Positions 25,965-38,526 of a DNA stretch of 64,000 nt are shown in pieces. A model generated the notes under the pieces. The model saw nothing but the letters and a program-made list of their open reading frames with translations. It was not told the origin of the DNA and ran no database searches. A program made the position numbers and the translations under genes. How positions within the stretch are numbered: the stretch's first letter is position 1; the number at the start of each line of letters is the position of its first letter. This DNA is from Phoronis australis (Eukaryota > Animalia > Phoronida), in assembly GCA_002633005.1 (NCBI GenBank), contig NMRA01001017.1, positions 5,524 to 69,523 of the forward strand, given 5' to 3'.

Positions 25965-26492
25965 TACTCGGGAACCCAATGGTCGTCCGCCTAAGCATAA
26001 AACCGGCTTGTTGTCGTACTCACCCAATCATTCCACTTCAAAGTTATGATCTGAATAGGATTTGATTTAACTCTCACAAATATATAGTATTCGTTGATTC
26101 AAACGTTTTCTTTTACTTATGCCGAGTTGTTCAACTGTGCATTGCTTTTCGGCAGCCATTTTATAATGACACCTATGGTCGTCATATGCTGCCGCCTTTT
26201 GAAAGAACAGCAAACGACACAGAAAAAGGCCAAGAAAATAGTGGAAAGTGGTATACAGCAATTCTACTTAACCACAAACTGCTTTACTAGTATGATATCG
26301 ATTTTTAAATCGAATAAATTTGATTTAGAATTTCAGTTCTGGAAAATAAATCACGGCTGAGCCCTGGATTGTTTTATTCCAGATATAACTTACTTATTTC
26401 TGTTTGTGACCTCTTTATTTGACTTTTTGCTCTTGTTGTACTTAACACCACTTATCTTTGCTGTCTTAATTTTTCTTTTCAGTTTCTCTTCA
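25965..26492. mobile_element. Second, truncated copy of the 24440-25799 element
   Basis: High identity to 24445-24955; ends at the isolated N (~26494). Confidence 0.75.
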
Positions 26493-27384
26493 TNCATGTG
26501 TGTGTTATTAATTGCCACCAGCCATTTCACAGTGGCTAACTTAATGCGCCCTCTGCTGAATGAGAGGAGCCACACCTAACATCTCGAATAACATGTCGGC
26601 AAATTTTTTCTCGAAGGTGTTTCATATTTGCGTTAGTCCGAATTTCAGTCACAGTCAACCATTCTCCTCTTTGAAAGACGCATCTGCTGTTGTGTGACCT
26701 CAGTTCACATCATTGGGCTGACATTCATGAAACTTATCGAGCGGGGAATAGATTTGACTCTACGAAAAGGCGACGTTTCGGGAAGGAGTGGAAGCACGTT
26801 ATTGCTGACCAAAAATGAGGTAGTGTTTAAGTATCGTTCAAGTGGGGAGGCATGAACTAGTGCTATTATCATTAGAGTGATGATTTACCCTAGTAAACGA
26901 CCTTGATCTGTTTACCTTTTGTGGTAGGACTTTATTTTCATAGTAGTTGCTACAGTGTATGAACGTAGAACTCTAGCACTGAAATGTCAACTCCAGCATG
27001 CGTGACCGGCGGGTGTTATGTCTCCCGTTCGGTGAAAAAAGCGCTGTACTGTGGGGACGTTTTGTGTGCTGCTGCGAAATGTTTTACCCTTGCGGTATGG
27101 CTGCGGGAAACAAAATGAAACAGCAGCAGCATGAAGCGTGAGGAACTAGGACCGGTAAGGGACGAGGCGGAGGGGGAGCTCGGACACAAACGTGTTCCCG
27201 TTTTTTTTTTTTTAGTCCACCGATAGATTTCGTGAACAATAGGTCCTCATCGCCTGCCCCCGCCCCCACAACTTTCGGGCCGCCTGTGCACGCACAATCG
27301 CGCTTTGCCCAATTCCCGGACGCAACATGTTCGGGCTACCCCCATATATCCTAGGTCCGCCACTGCAAGTGCTAGTGACCGATA

Positions 27385-27975
27385 TAAAATGAGAAATAAA
27401 TATACACAAAAGAGGTAGAAGGGTTATGTACAGAAAGTATACAAACTAACATGACTTATCAAGCATCAAAAGACAGTATTTGACAGCGTAGGCAAACTTG
27501 GCATTCATATAGGTTTTGAGGTCTTGGCAACATCGTATACATTGTTCCATAAAGATATCCCTTGGTGGTGAATAGAATTAAGCGAACCTTACAACACATA
27601 GAGTGTTTTCCCCCGTACCCCATAGGGCAGACGTCTGAGAGCAAAACACTGGAGAGGGAAAGGGCCTAACTGTTTCATATGCTTGCAAACTGCCTCACCA
27701 AGACATTGTAGCTTTTGAACAAAAAGCAGAGTGGAGTTTGATTCGTACAGTAAGATGGAGTACGTGCGACAACTGCTGGATAAAACCTTGGGGCACACCT
27801 TTAGAGACAAGGTACCAATTGCTACAATCATTTTCAATTCTAACTCTCATTGAGCTCTCGAGACAAATGCTACAGGAGAGTAGAAAAAAATATGTTTTCT
27901 GAGAACAACATAGGCACCAAGTTTCGACACCAGTGAGACAAGGAAGGTAGTAGAATGCTTTTGACAAATCAACTA
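27385..27975 (-). mobile_element. Duplicate of the LINE RT fragment with ~550-bp internal deletion
   Basis: Matches 22245-22628 joined to 23179-23370 at ~27779. Confidence 0.85.
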
Positions 27976-28707
27976 AAAGGCATCCCGCACCACGCGTTCA
28001 AGTTCGCCAGACGGTGATTGACAAGGCCCCTGCCTCTATCTAGTCAACGGCACTGCTGGGGTGGGCTTTTTACCACTAGGTTCCGCGGACCAGCAAACGG
28101 CCGTGCCAGAGGGAGTTGACATGCGCATGGAATTTAATTTGGCCTAGGTCTCTGCGGCCGGAACCATGTCACCGTTTTAAACTAAATGAGTGCATTTGTT
28201 TCGTTTGTGCATTCTACCCTGGATCGTAGCCTATCACTGTTGATTGACACCCGTTGTTTATGATACTTCAGAGTATAACAATAATTGTTATTTAAGGCAA
28301 GATGTGAAACAAACATGAATTTATATAGGAAATGTTCCGAGGATTTTACAGGGTAAAGTGGGAACGCACAAACGAAATGTGTCGATGTAATCGACTCGAC
28401 ACATTTCGTTTCGCGACATAAGCCGCCGAAGCTTTCTGATCGTCGCGCGGTTTGCACCTGCACCTCCGGCGCCGGGCAAAGCAACGGGTGCGCACCCGCC
28501 CAAGCCTCTTGATCGTCGCGCCCAAATAATGTACGCAACATGAATAACCTGAGTGCCTTCATAAGGGCATCGTGAGTTAGGATTGTAACGTTTTAGTCAA
28601 GTTATATGTATTTGTTTTTCTTACGTATGTCTATCTGTATATAGTTCTCGTAAACTGTTGTATAATTTTTCCTAAATTTTTGTCGGGTAGTAGCATATGT
28701 GCTAATG

Positions 28708-29631
28708 CAGTGGCGGATCTAGGATATCACAAGGGGGGTGCCCAACATTTTGTGCGGCTGTAAGCATTTGCGCAANNNNNNNNNNNNNNNNNNNNNNNNN
28801 NNNNNNNNNNNNNNNNNNNNNNNNNNNNNNNNNNNNNNNNNNNNNNNNNNNNNNNNNNNNNNNNNNNNNNNNNNNNNNTGGGGGGAGGTCGGGAGGGGGG
28901 TTTGCCTCTAAAAATCAAGCATTTTCCTTGATTCCCGAAGTATTATCCAAGAAAAAAGGCAAAAAAAAAAGAAAAAAACACGGAGAACGTGTCAAACAAG
29001 ATAAACTTCACGTACCAAAGACTGGAACTCACGACCTGACAGGTAGCGCGAGTTTGCGTTACCACTACACCACCACGATTTGACTACTAATCTACTAAGA
29101 GACCTACTTGTTTATGGTCCACAGCGTTTGCGCGCGAAACCTACTTTTTTGTAATGCTTGTTACACGTTTTATATTTTGTGCCATCAATTCTTAACAAAT
29201 TTGTCGTATTTAAAATAGTCTTCAAATGCCCAAAAGACCAAACCCGTTTTTCGTGTTGGCAATAATGACGGGGATTGCTTTGGAAATCGTCTCAAGATAA
29301 GGTTTGACAAAGAGAGTATTGCCAGTTTCTGAGTGATTCACTAAGGCTTCGATTAAAATTCACATCTTACCAGCAGCGTCTGTTTTTTCATCGTCAATCA
29401 GGTTCCATTTTCTTTAAAAAATGAAGAAAACAATTTTCTTCATTGCACAGTGGAGCAGACGACGGAAACGGAGTCGTAGTGCGCAGCGCCATTGCCGGTC
29501 GCCTGGGATATCGCCGGAGAGCCTATACTTAGCCATAGTTCCGTTACCTTTCCCTACGCTCTTACTGTTTTATTTTTTTGCGGCAGCTAAGGGGGGGGGA
29601 GGGCCCCTGCCCCCCCCTAAATCCACCTATG
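28708..29631. mobile_element. MITE with CAGTGGCGGATCTAGG-type TIRs and 5-bp TSD (spans an N gap)
   Basis: TAATG|CAGTGGCGGATCTAGG ... CCTAAATCCACCTATG|TAATG; empty site GCTAATGTTTTATC at ~24085. Confidence 0.8.
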
Positions 29632-29734
29632 TAATGTTTTATCTGTTTGTGAACCATAACGACCTGACCATAGACATCTTGTGATGTCTTTGGACCTCGC
29701 TGACTCCAAACTCCCTCCAGGCTTGTTCGCCGCG

Positions 29735-29854
29735 CTGTCGTCAGATGGCGCAGCGGTCAAAGATGGCGGACCTTGGTGAAAGCAAAGTCGTTTTGTCCAG
29801 CTTCTGACGGTACTACCTTGCAGATGTGTCATATCGTGAATATATAGAATGCAG
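29735..29854 (+). promoter_or_regulatory. Probable promoter and non-coding first exon of the zinc-finger gene, with tandem YY1-like motifs
   Basis: CpG-rich patch with AGATGGCGC and AAGATGGCGG, followed by donor CAG|GTACGG; next acceptor at 31324 precedes the ATG. A duplicate lies at 24200-24320. Confidence 0.55.
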
Positions 29855-30479
29855 GTACGGGTGCATCACGATGACAACGGAGGGATTAAAAAATCACCCA
29901 CTTGACCTTTGAATCACAATTCAATTGCATTCCTCTGAAATATGTTCAGGTCAGCCTGGGCAATCGGTCATCCGATGTCATCGCCATATCTTGTGACTGT
30001 ATCAGTATGCCACCAGGGGCGATAATACACTCCTATAACAAGTTACTAATCTCGAATAAAAACGAGTGAAACATGTATATATACACATGGAGTTATAATT
30101 AATCATATTAAGACTCTGGAGGCAGTTTAGTCAACATAATAAATTTGAACATATCCATAACATGATGAAAATCTGTTGCTGAGTTTCTCTCACCGGTGCC
30201 ATTTTGAGGAAGTTACATGAATTCATGCTTGTAAGCAACCAAATTCCAAGGAACACAAATCTTGCGAATTCCACGTGATATCTTCCCATGCTATTTTTGT
30301 AAGTGTCGTGTGCTTCCCTCAGTCTCATGCTTGTCCTTGCCCAACTCACACGAAGTCAGTTGAAATACTTTGTGATTATCAGGTAGGGTGAACAAATGAC
30401 AACAAAAAAGTGTAGTTGGAATTCTTCGCCAAAGTCTTCTTAATTCCCGTAGACATTCTTCATCGAAGATATGTATAGA

Positions 30480-31076
30480 ACTAGGCAGCCAGCTAGCTGT
30501 ATGAAAATACAACTAGGTACCGCTGTGTGTTGAGCTCCGTTAGACCCCACAATTTCACACAGCCCAGATACTTCTGCTCATCACCTCATTGTGAATCTTG
30601 TCATCATTTAGAGCTAATGACCGGCGGGGGTGCATGCAAAATATGGGAGTCAGCCGACACCCGCCTCGCCCGTTGCAGCCATTTAACTGGAAAACAAACT
30701 AGTAAATGTCATTTTCTTGCATACTTCTCCACCTTTTGTTACACAGAAAAGTCTGTCATCAATTTGAAAATGTTCAATATTTGTGACGCGCACACATGCC
30801 ATTTCCAAAATTGTTGCGACATCTCTCGAGAGATGATGGTAACAAAATTTGTTCTGAAATTCGGTTTGCTGGTATTAAAATACTTAAAAACTTGTAACGA
30901 AATGAAACCAGTTTGAGTGAAACCGATTTTTCCAACACCGAAAGATAATTTAGATTATTCGAAAGGTAGGTATTGTTTTTAGAGAACCTACTTTTTTGTC
31001 AGATTTTATTTGGCCAGTTTTTTACCCACATTGGCTTAAAGCTGTATATTTAGTGCATAGCTTTGCACCGAGGCTA
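30480..31076 (+). repeat. Family B element (TAGCCT terminus, Academ-like)
   Basis: Colinear with 55100-55797; ends GCTTTGCACCGAGGCTA. Confidence 0.7.
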
Positions 31077-31349
31077 ATATTGAACCAGAAAGGATCACTG
31101 AAGAAAGTATTTGCTTTTTGAGTCACAATTGTTAGTGTAAACTGTATTTTTGACAATGTGAAAACCTCTTATTTGGTGGGCGGATTTGGCCTACCATCTG
31201 TTTAAAATATACGGGATAAAATTAGTACAGAAAGTGATGGGGAGTGTTTTAGCCCCTCAGAATCTCACAGATTCTCTGCATTTGTGGCTTTAACAATTGA
31301 GAACTATGTTTGCTTGACTTCCAGGTCTTGACCGTCTGATCAGGGGGCC

Positions 31350-34300
31350 ATGGATGAATCGAACGCATCATGCGACGCTGCTCAATCACATCAAACAGCT
31401 ACGTCACATGAACAAGTTCAGTCTGGAGAATGCAATGAAATCCCAGGAACTGATGAGAGTCAGCTCTTGAAGGAGAAAATCTCCACGCTTGAATGTGAAA
31501 AAGGTGATTGAGAACAAAGGCTACCTCCATGTAAATTTTCGTGACACGCATTTGGTTTCGTGCAAAAAGTTGCCACTATGACTATACACCATTGTGTCAA
31601 TGAGGGCAATTTTGAGTGAGTGAAAAGTAATCTTGGTTTAGCTTCCTCCAAAATATTGCAGTTCACCGACACTATCTTCCACTAACTTGTATTAAAAATC
31701 TGGATGTTTGCAACTGAAATGAAGTCCTGTCATGATTGGATGATTTTTTGAATACAATAATTAAAAAAGTGAGAGAAGAATAATTCTAAAATTGTTACGA
31801 TACTAGTATGTCCCCCTTTTGACATGATGTTTTCACTGTTTGTATACATCACAAAATGTCGAGAAGAATGATTATTTTACTGTCTAATCTAGACTTCTGA
31901 AATAAGTGAACAAACCTGGGATTAAACATTCACCAAAGGATGATTGTGTACAGTGCATGTCAGGGGAGACAACTACGTCCATTCACAACAAAGCAATGGT
32001 CAGGCATGTGTTACATGTGCAGGTTGTGTTTGTGAGTCAACTGGGTTTGCAAACAATGTTCATGAGTGCATGAACGATGTTGTTCGGGTAGCCTGAAATC
32101 ACATCACACATTGTATGATACAGGAAGCAGCTTTGTCAGTTCACAATAAAACATTGGTTTGGTGCATCAGCTAATATAGCTGTAAAAATAACCTTGATGA
32201 GTTTGCCAAAAAGGTTTTTGAAAAACGACCTGCCTGTAATGGTATGTGGTAGCTGTTTGGATACACTGAGTGACTTAAAAAGGGAACGCGACAATGATAA
32301 CCATCTGCTCCAGGCAGAGTTTGCTGCACAAAACTGTACTATGATATTGACATTCCCTCAAAATTTATTACTGTTGACGAATTCCACTGTATGAAATAGC
32401 ATTTTTCCACCATATTGTTTCTCAAAGTGACGTTTTTTATACCATAGTCTTGATTTCGGTTTTGCAGACTGCTAAACATCAGTGAAATGCAGCTGTAAGC
32501 AAGAATTTTTTCTGTCGATGTTTAGTTTTGCTATTTCATTTGACTGTTACAGCCAAGCTTCAGGAAGAAATGAAGGCCTTAATGGAAGAGAATAACACTC
32601 TACAACAGCGATTGTCAACATGTGAACGGGACCTGGCTAGTTACAAAGAGAAAGTGGCGACGCTTTGCGAAGGTAGGTTGGCCGCAGTTGAACAAGGTGG
32701 TGTTCTGCAACAGAATACAGTGACGGATACGGAGACAGTGGGGCTTGGCAGCATCACCCCAACCTCCCTGTCTAAAGATGGCTCTCTTTGCACATGTTAG
32801 AGTATGTACGACTTGTATGTTGCCAAATATCTACATAACTCGGAAAGTGTGATTGTAGACATTCGGTTGACTTTTTAGGTTTTTACCACCTGCCGTTGAT
32901 TGGGGAGCATGACCTTACTCCTTTAGTAAAATGCAACAAAAATAAACACTTACATTTAAACAAGACAATGATGTCATTAATATTATCAAATTTCGTTTGA
33001 TATCAATGTCCATTATGGAATCTGAAAGAGGCCATTACATTTTTTCAATTATTTTGTTGTATGCAACTTTTGAGGCTTTTCATGAGAATCATAAAAGTCT
33101 TATTTTTTGATTACCCTTCATGCAATATTGGAACAATTTAAAAACAAGTCCTAGCCAACTTTATAGAACTGTACACAATACATAGTGTCTATAGAACTGT
33201 ACACAATACATAGTGTCTATAAAACTGTACACAATACATAGTGTCTATAGAACTGTACACAATACATAGTGTCTATAGAACTGTACACAATACATAGTGT
33301 CTATAGAACTGTACACAATACATAGTGTCTATAGAACTGTACACAATACATACTGTCTATAGAACTGTACACAATACATAGTGTCTGAAAATTTCATATG
33401 AATCCGATCAGCCATTTTTGAGTTATGATGTTTCGAATTTGGCCAAATTTGGACACAGTTAGACTCCTATGTTCTCTTAATTTGATCCTTACTTAGATGG
33501 CTTATGATTTCTTGACTAGGGAAGGACTGATAGTTCTACAGTGCATGTCCGACACAAAAAGTGACGCACTGTGATAGGCCAATTTTTCGAGCCTGATCTC
33601 ACAAGTAGTGAACTCTCAGCCCAATAGTTACTTCTTATTGGAATAGTTTTCTGTTATACAGAATTTGTTGAATACACGACACTTTTCATTTTTCACGGTC
33701 TTTATTCCGTTGCGTTCATACTTTCTGAACAAAACTCTACTCTCTACTGAACATAGATACAGTAACTGACCTAGCGACATAATTAAAAAGACACACGATA
33801 TTTCGAAANGAACTGTACACAGTACATAGTGTCTATTGAACTGTACACAGTACATAGTGTCTAAAGAACTGTACACAATACATAGTGTCTATAGAACTGT
33901 ACACAATACATAGTGTCTATAGAACTGTACACTATACATAGTGTCTATAGAACTACACAATACACAGTGTCTATAGAACTGTACACTATACACAGTGTCT
34001 ATAGAACTGTACACAGTACACAGTGTCTATAGAACTGTACACAATACATAGTGTCTATAGAACTGTACACAGTACATAGTGTCTATAGAACTGTACACAA
34101 TACATGGTGTCTATAGAACTGTACACAATACATGGTGTCTATAGAACTGTACACAGTACATAGTGTCTATAGAACTGTACACTATACATAGTGTCTATAG
34201 AACTCTACACTATACACAGTGTCTGAAAATTTCATATGAATCCAATCAGCCATTTTTGAGTTATGATGTTTCGAATTTGGCCAAATTTGGACACATTTAG

Positions 34301-37300
34301 ACTCCTACGTTCTCTTAATTTGATCCTTACTTAGATGGCTTATGATTTCTTGACTAGGGAAGGACTAATAGTTCTACAGTGCATGGGGCCATGCATGGCC
34401 GACACAAAAAGTGCCGCACTTTGATAGGCCAACTTTTCGCGCCTGATCTCACAAGTAGTGAACTCTCAGCCCAAGAGTTACTTCTTATTGGAATAAGGAA
34501 CAAGATAAGGTGGTGGTAAATGACCTAAATTCAAAGTTATTTCTTGCCAGAGGGAGTTTACACGTTCCTTAATTTTGATAGTTATTTTATTATTTCGTGT
34601 AAACTTGTGTGAAAAATTGCAAGTCACTTGGCACTATCTCTGTATATGGATATTTTCTACATGTCGTATATACGTATATATAATTATATTATGTACCTCA
34701 CTGCCAAGAGTGCCTTTTGGTGACATGCCTATTCACTGCCACACCTGTGGATTGGTGAATTAGGTTCTTACCATTTCTTTTAAGAATCCTATACTTCATG
34801 GGAAATAACTACAATTTAACAGCATCACAATTTTTCCATGTCCCAGACAAGAATCCCTTTTACAGCTTTGCTCAAAATTTTTGAAGAAATTATTGATTGA
34901 TTGAATAACGTTTCATGCAATGACCTCTAGACAGTCCATCACCAACGCTTTGTCTCAAATTAAAAAAATATTTGATTCGGGCTCTAAGTTTGAAATTATT
35001 GGTTAGGTATGATTTTGATGTTTAACATGGAGAGTTGAAACAATGGACTGGGACGTGTTTTGCTCGTTGTTTACAGTTGATGGTGTCTCAATGAATGGAA
35101 ATGGTGGCAATGTTAAGAGCAATGTTCAGGACCGCATCGCTGCCAGTCGACTTTACGAGTGCGGCGAATGTGGGAAAAAATTTCAAAAACTATCAAAATT
35201 GACGCAGCACATGACGAGGCACGTGTGCATCTGCAATGACAAACAGACCAAGAAAGAAAGAAACGCTGAAAAAAGGGGCAGGAAATGTTGGAAATGTTTT
35301 GATGAAAGAACAAAAGCGGCAAATCACGCGTACTTGCTCGCACAGAAATCGTGTTCCAGTGAGCAGAAAGAGCCCAGTGTTGAGTACACTTGTGAAGTTT
35401 GCGACAGGAAATGTCTGAGCAGCTCCCATTTAGTCAATCACATGCGCTCGCACACAGGAGAGAAGCCGTTCTCATGCAACATCTGCGGCAGGAGTTTTGC
35501 AAGAATGAGCACGTTACGTCAGCATGGAATTGTTCACAAGGAGGCTAAGGAGTGGCAGTGTAACTTGTGTAGTTCAAAGTTTGCGCGTAAGGACGCACTT
35601 AGGCGCCACGAGATGTCGCACCAGGGCCTGAAGCTTTTCGAGTGTGACGTGTGTGGTGGGTACTGTTGTTTTTGTTGTTGTTCGTTGTTCTAGCAAGAGA
35701 TGGCACCACTATGTAGGTTATTGAAAAACGTTCACTACACGCCAAAAGATGGGACCACCGTGTAGGTTAGTGGAAAACGTACAATACATGCCAAAAGTAG
35801 TTAATATCAGGTGTCTGTTTGGGGAGAGAAATTTTTCGTGAGGTCAAAGTTCACCTACAACTTTACAACACTTGGAATTTGTGGAAAAACACCCATATTG
35901 GTGTAGTTTGCTCAAATTCAATTCAACTGATGATGCCTCAGATTGAAAAATAGACCCCTTCAGATCCGACATTTTTAACATCAATGATGTAGCCACCCCA
36001 GTATTGGTACAACACCCAGGCATAATATTCTTTGTTGGACTCAGTGCCGTTTCAACAGAATTATATGGATCTGATGAAGCGACTGTGTGGCAGGACATAG
36101 ATAGCCACCCCTATAGTGGGAGAACAAACACCCCATGTGTAACTTTCTGTTCCTATGAAATTACGCGGATGGGATAAAGCCACCATTTGCCTTATGTCTC
36201 TTTCAGGCAAGAAATTTCTACACAAGTCGAACATGAATAAGCACTCGCGTATTCACACGGGTGAGAAGCCATACCAGTGCACCACCTGCGGGAAAAAGTT
36301 CACAACAGTGTCTCAGATGGTGCGCCACACTAAGATTCACACGGGTCAGCGGGACTATAAGTGCGACCGCTGCGATAAAGCGTTCATCGAGAAGCAGGGC
36401 CTGCAGAATCATTACCGGGTGCACACAGGTGGGTAGTGTACAAGCTGTCTTCACCTGCTGGGTTATTTCATGCTCTGCGCATAGTCTCGACTGAAGTTAG
36501 AACAAATTCTTAGTTGTTGCAAACATTTAAGTCTGGTCAGCCAGCCATCTGTTTGCCATGTCACATGACTTAATGAATATATTTTAGTGTGAAAAAATGT
36601 CTGCCTCTGACTAGGAGTTGAACCTGGGCCCTTCTGTTAACCGTGCAAATGCTGTAGTCACTGAGCCATCAGAACCGCCGGTCAAACACAGCAATCCAGT
36701 CAGACTGAGTGGGCATCTTACCCTTGATTACATATTCATGTGAATTCCTAGTTCTCGTCCCCCGAAATCTCCTTTATCTTGAATGAGAAACATGTTGAGA
36801 AAGGTATTGTAACGATCAAAATCAAAAGTGTTTTTGATAAAGTCAGGCTTATAGCCTCATTGATAGCCACCATGAAAACGTGGTTTTGCTGGAAATTTTT
36901 GCGTGAACAGAATGGTTTTAGGAAACATAAATGCGTGCATAATTTTTTGCAATGGCATAACTGCTGCTGTCCTCATTAAGTGTTTTCTATCGCATGTTTT
37001 AGGTGAAAAGCCATTTTCCTGTGAGATCTGCAACAAGCCATTCAGGGAGAAGAACAACCTCCGGAAACACATGAGGATGCACTCGGGTATGTGAACCACA
37101 TATTCGATGATTACCTCAGCATGTGAACAGGGTATTTAATGATCAGCAGTGAATGTGAATGAGGTATTCAGTTATCAGTAAAAGCATATGAACTACGTAT
37201 TCAGTGACCATGTAGGGATGTGAACGATTCCATTACCAGAGCATAGTCTAGAATCAGAGGAGGCAGTGTGGCCTGGTGGGATAATTGTCCTCTTCCTGTA

Positions 37301-38526
37301 CACAAGGTCAGGGGCTCTAGCCCCAGTAAGGCACACTGCAAGAAACTTGAGTCAGGTCTCAAGCTCCTCAGCTCAGTTATAGCTCTATTATAATAAAGAA
37401 ATAAATTTCCTCTAAGACACCTGTGCGCAAACTGACAGAAAGCACTAGGTGAACAGTTGTAATAGTCACAGCGGTCCAGCATTTTGAGAACCAAATTTCT
37501 CGACTGGCGTCAAACTGGTTTTAAAAATGCGGAGCGCGTGTGAGTGTCTGCTGCCTGAAAGTGAATACAGCTTTTAGTATTGTGCAGTTGTGCCAAAAAT
37601 TTGCTCACATTTCAATACAAGGCCAGGAGATCAAATTCACTTCCTGAGTTATTTTCTGTGACTAGGCCTTCTGTATGACTACACCTTTCAGTGAATGTAG
37701 ACGAATCGTCTGTCCTATACTTGGGAATGGCAAGCAAACGACTCAGTTTTGGTGAACGAAAAAAATTTATTCCGCGATGCTACCAATAAATAGATACTTG
37801 TTCATGTGCCAAAATTAATAAACAATGTATTTATTTTTGCTTAAATACACGATTCTTTTTTGGTCACATCTTTATGAATTTAAACCAGTTATCTTGTTCA
37901 AAAGTCAATAAACAGTGTCATTTGAAGAGTGGGAATTTTGGGACACCCTGTATAATATGCACCGTGCTTTTGCCTGAATTATTACCAAGTTGCAAAACGT
38001 TTTGCTTCTAAACAATTCATTTCTGTGTGATTTAGGTGAAAAGATGTATTTGTGTGATGGCTGCGGTTCGTCATTTAACCGCAAGGGGGAGCTGCTGAAG
38101 CACAAGAAAGAACCCTGCGCCAAGATAAAGCCAACTAGCGACGATACATGTCAAGAGAGTTATGAGACCAACACACAACCTACTGTGCCACTATTGCTAG
38201 AGATTGTGCCATACACTAATGCTGCGCCACAGATGGACTTCTGCCCACCTTCTGTCGTAAATGACCACCAGAGGTCACTAATTAGCGAGATGCCAAGTAT
38301 TGGGTTTATTGACCCACGTCAGATTACGCGACCGGTTGGCTCTGTCTGTGAACAGTCGAATGTAGCCAATCAGCACCGGAACATAAACGGCATACGAATG
38401 GCTGGGAGTGATGTTAGGCCTGTTGATCAGGGTGTGTCGGCACCTGACCCCAGGATAGGGTTTCACGATCCTAGAGTCCAGGCTTCTCTGGTGCCAAACT
38501 GGGCATCATACTCCAGTTTGAACTGA
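31350..38526 (+). CDS. C2H2 zinc-finger protein with N-terminal coiled coil, ~549 aa, 6 coding exons
   Basis: Exons 31350-31503, 32553-32672, 35077-35655, 36207-36428, 37003-37086, 38036-38526. All introns GT-AG and phase 1; total 1650 nt in frame. Eight C2H2 fingers with HTGEKP-type linkers plus a final C2HC finger; heptad-like [40 protein letters not shown]. Confidence 0.88.
33162..33386. repeat. 28-bp minisatellite, array 1 (~8 units)
   Basis: Unit TAGAACTGTACACAATACATAGTGTCTA, no spacers. Confidence 0.95.
33810..34224. repeat. 28-bp minisatellite, array 2 (~15 units)
   Basis: Same unit with variants; begins at an isolated N; followed by the same ~260-bp flank as array 1. Confidence 0.95.
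36525..36720 (-). repeat. tRNA-derived repeat, family D copy 1
   Basis: Minus strand A box TGGCTCAGTG and B box GGTTCAACTCC; colinear with 56323-56505. Confidence 0.65.

Larger units (their letters stand above)
21310..25965 (+). repeat. Tandem segmental duplication, copy 1 (copy 2 at 26495-30150)
   Basis: Long colinear high-identity match to 26495-30150, differing by indels and copy-specific insertions. Confidence 0.92.
26495..30150 (+). repeat. Tandem segmental duplication, copy 2
   Basis: Colinear with 21310-25965; contains the probable ZF-gene promoter and first exon. Confidence 0.92.

Noticed and set aside
33162-34224. 28-bp repeats as a CRISPR array
   Set aside because: Head-to-tail units with no spacers, in a eukaryotic intron with no cas genes.
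35043-35693. Standalone 216-aa zinc-finger ORF
   Set aside because: It is an internal exon; both ORF ends run into intron sequence.
35694-35797. Two-copy ~48-bp tandem repeat in a ZF intron
   Set aside because: Degenerate local duplication with no sign of function.
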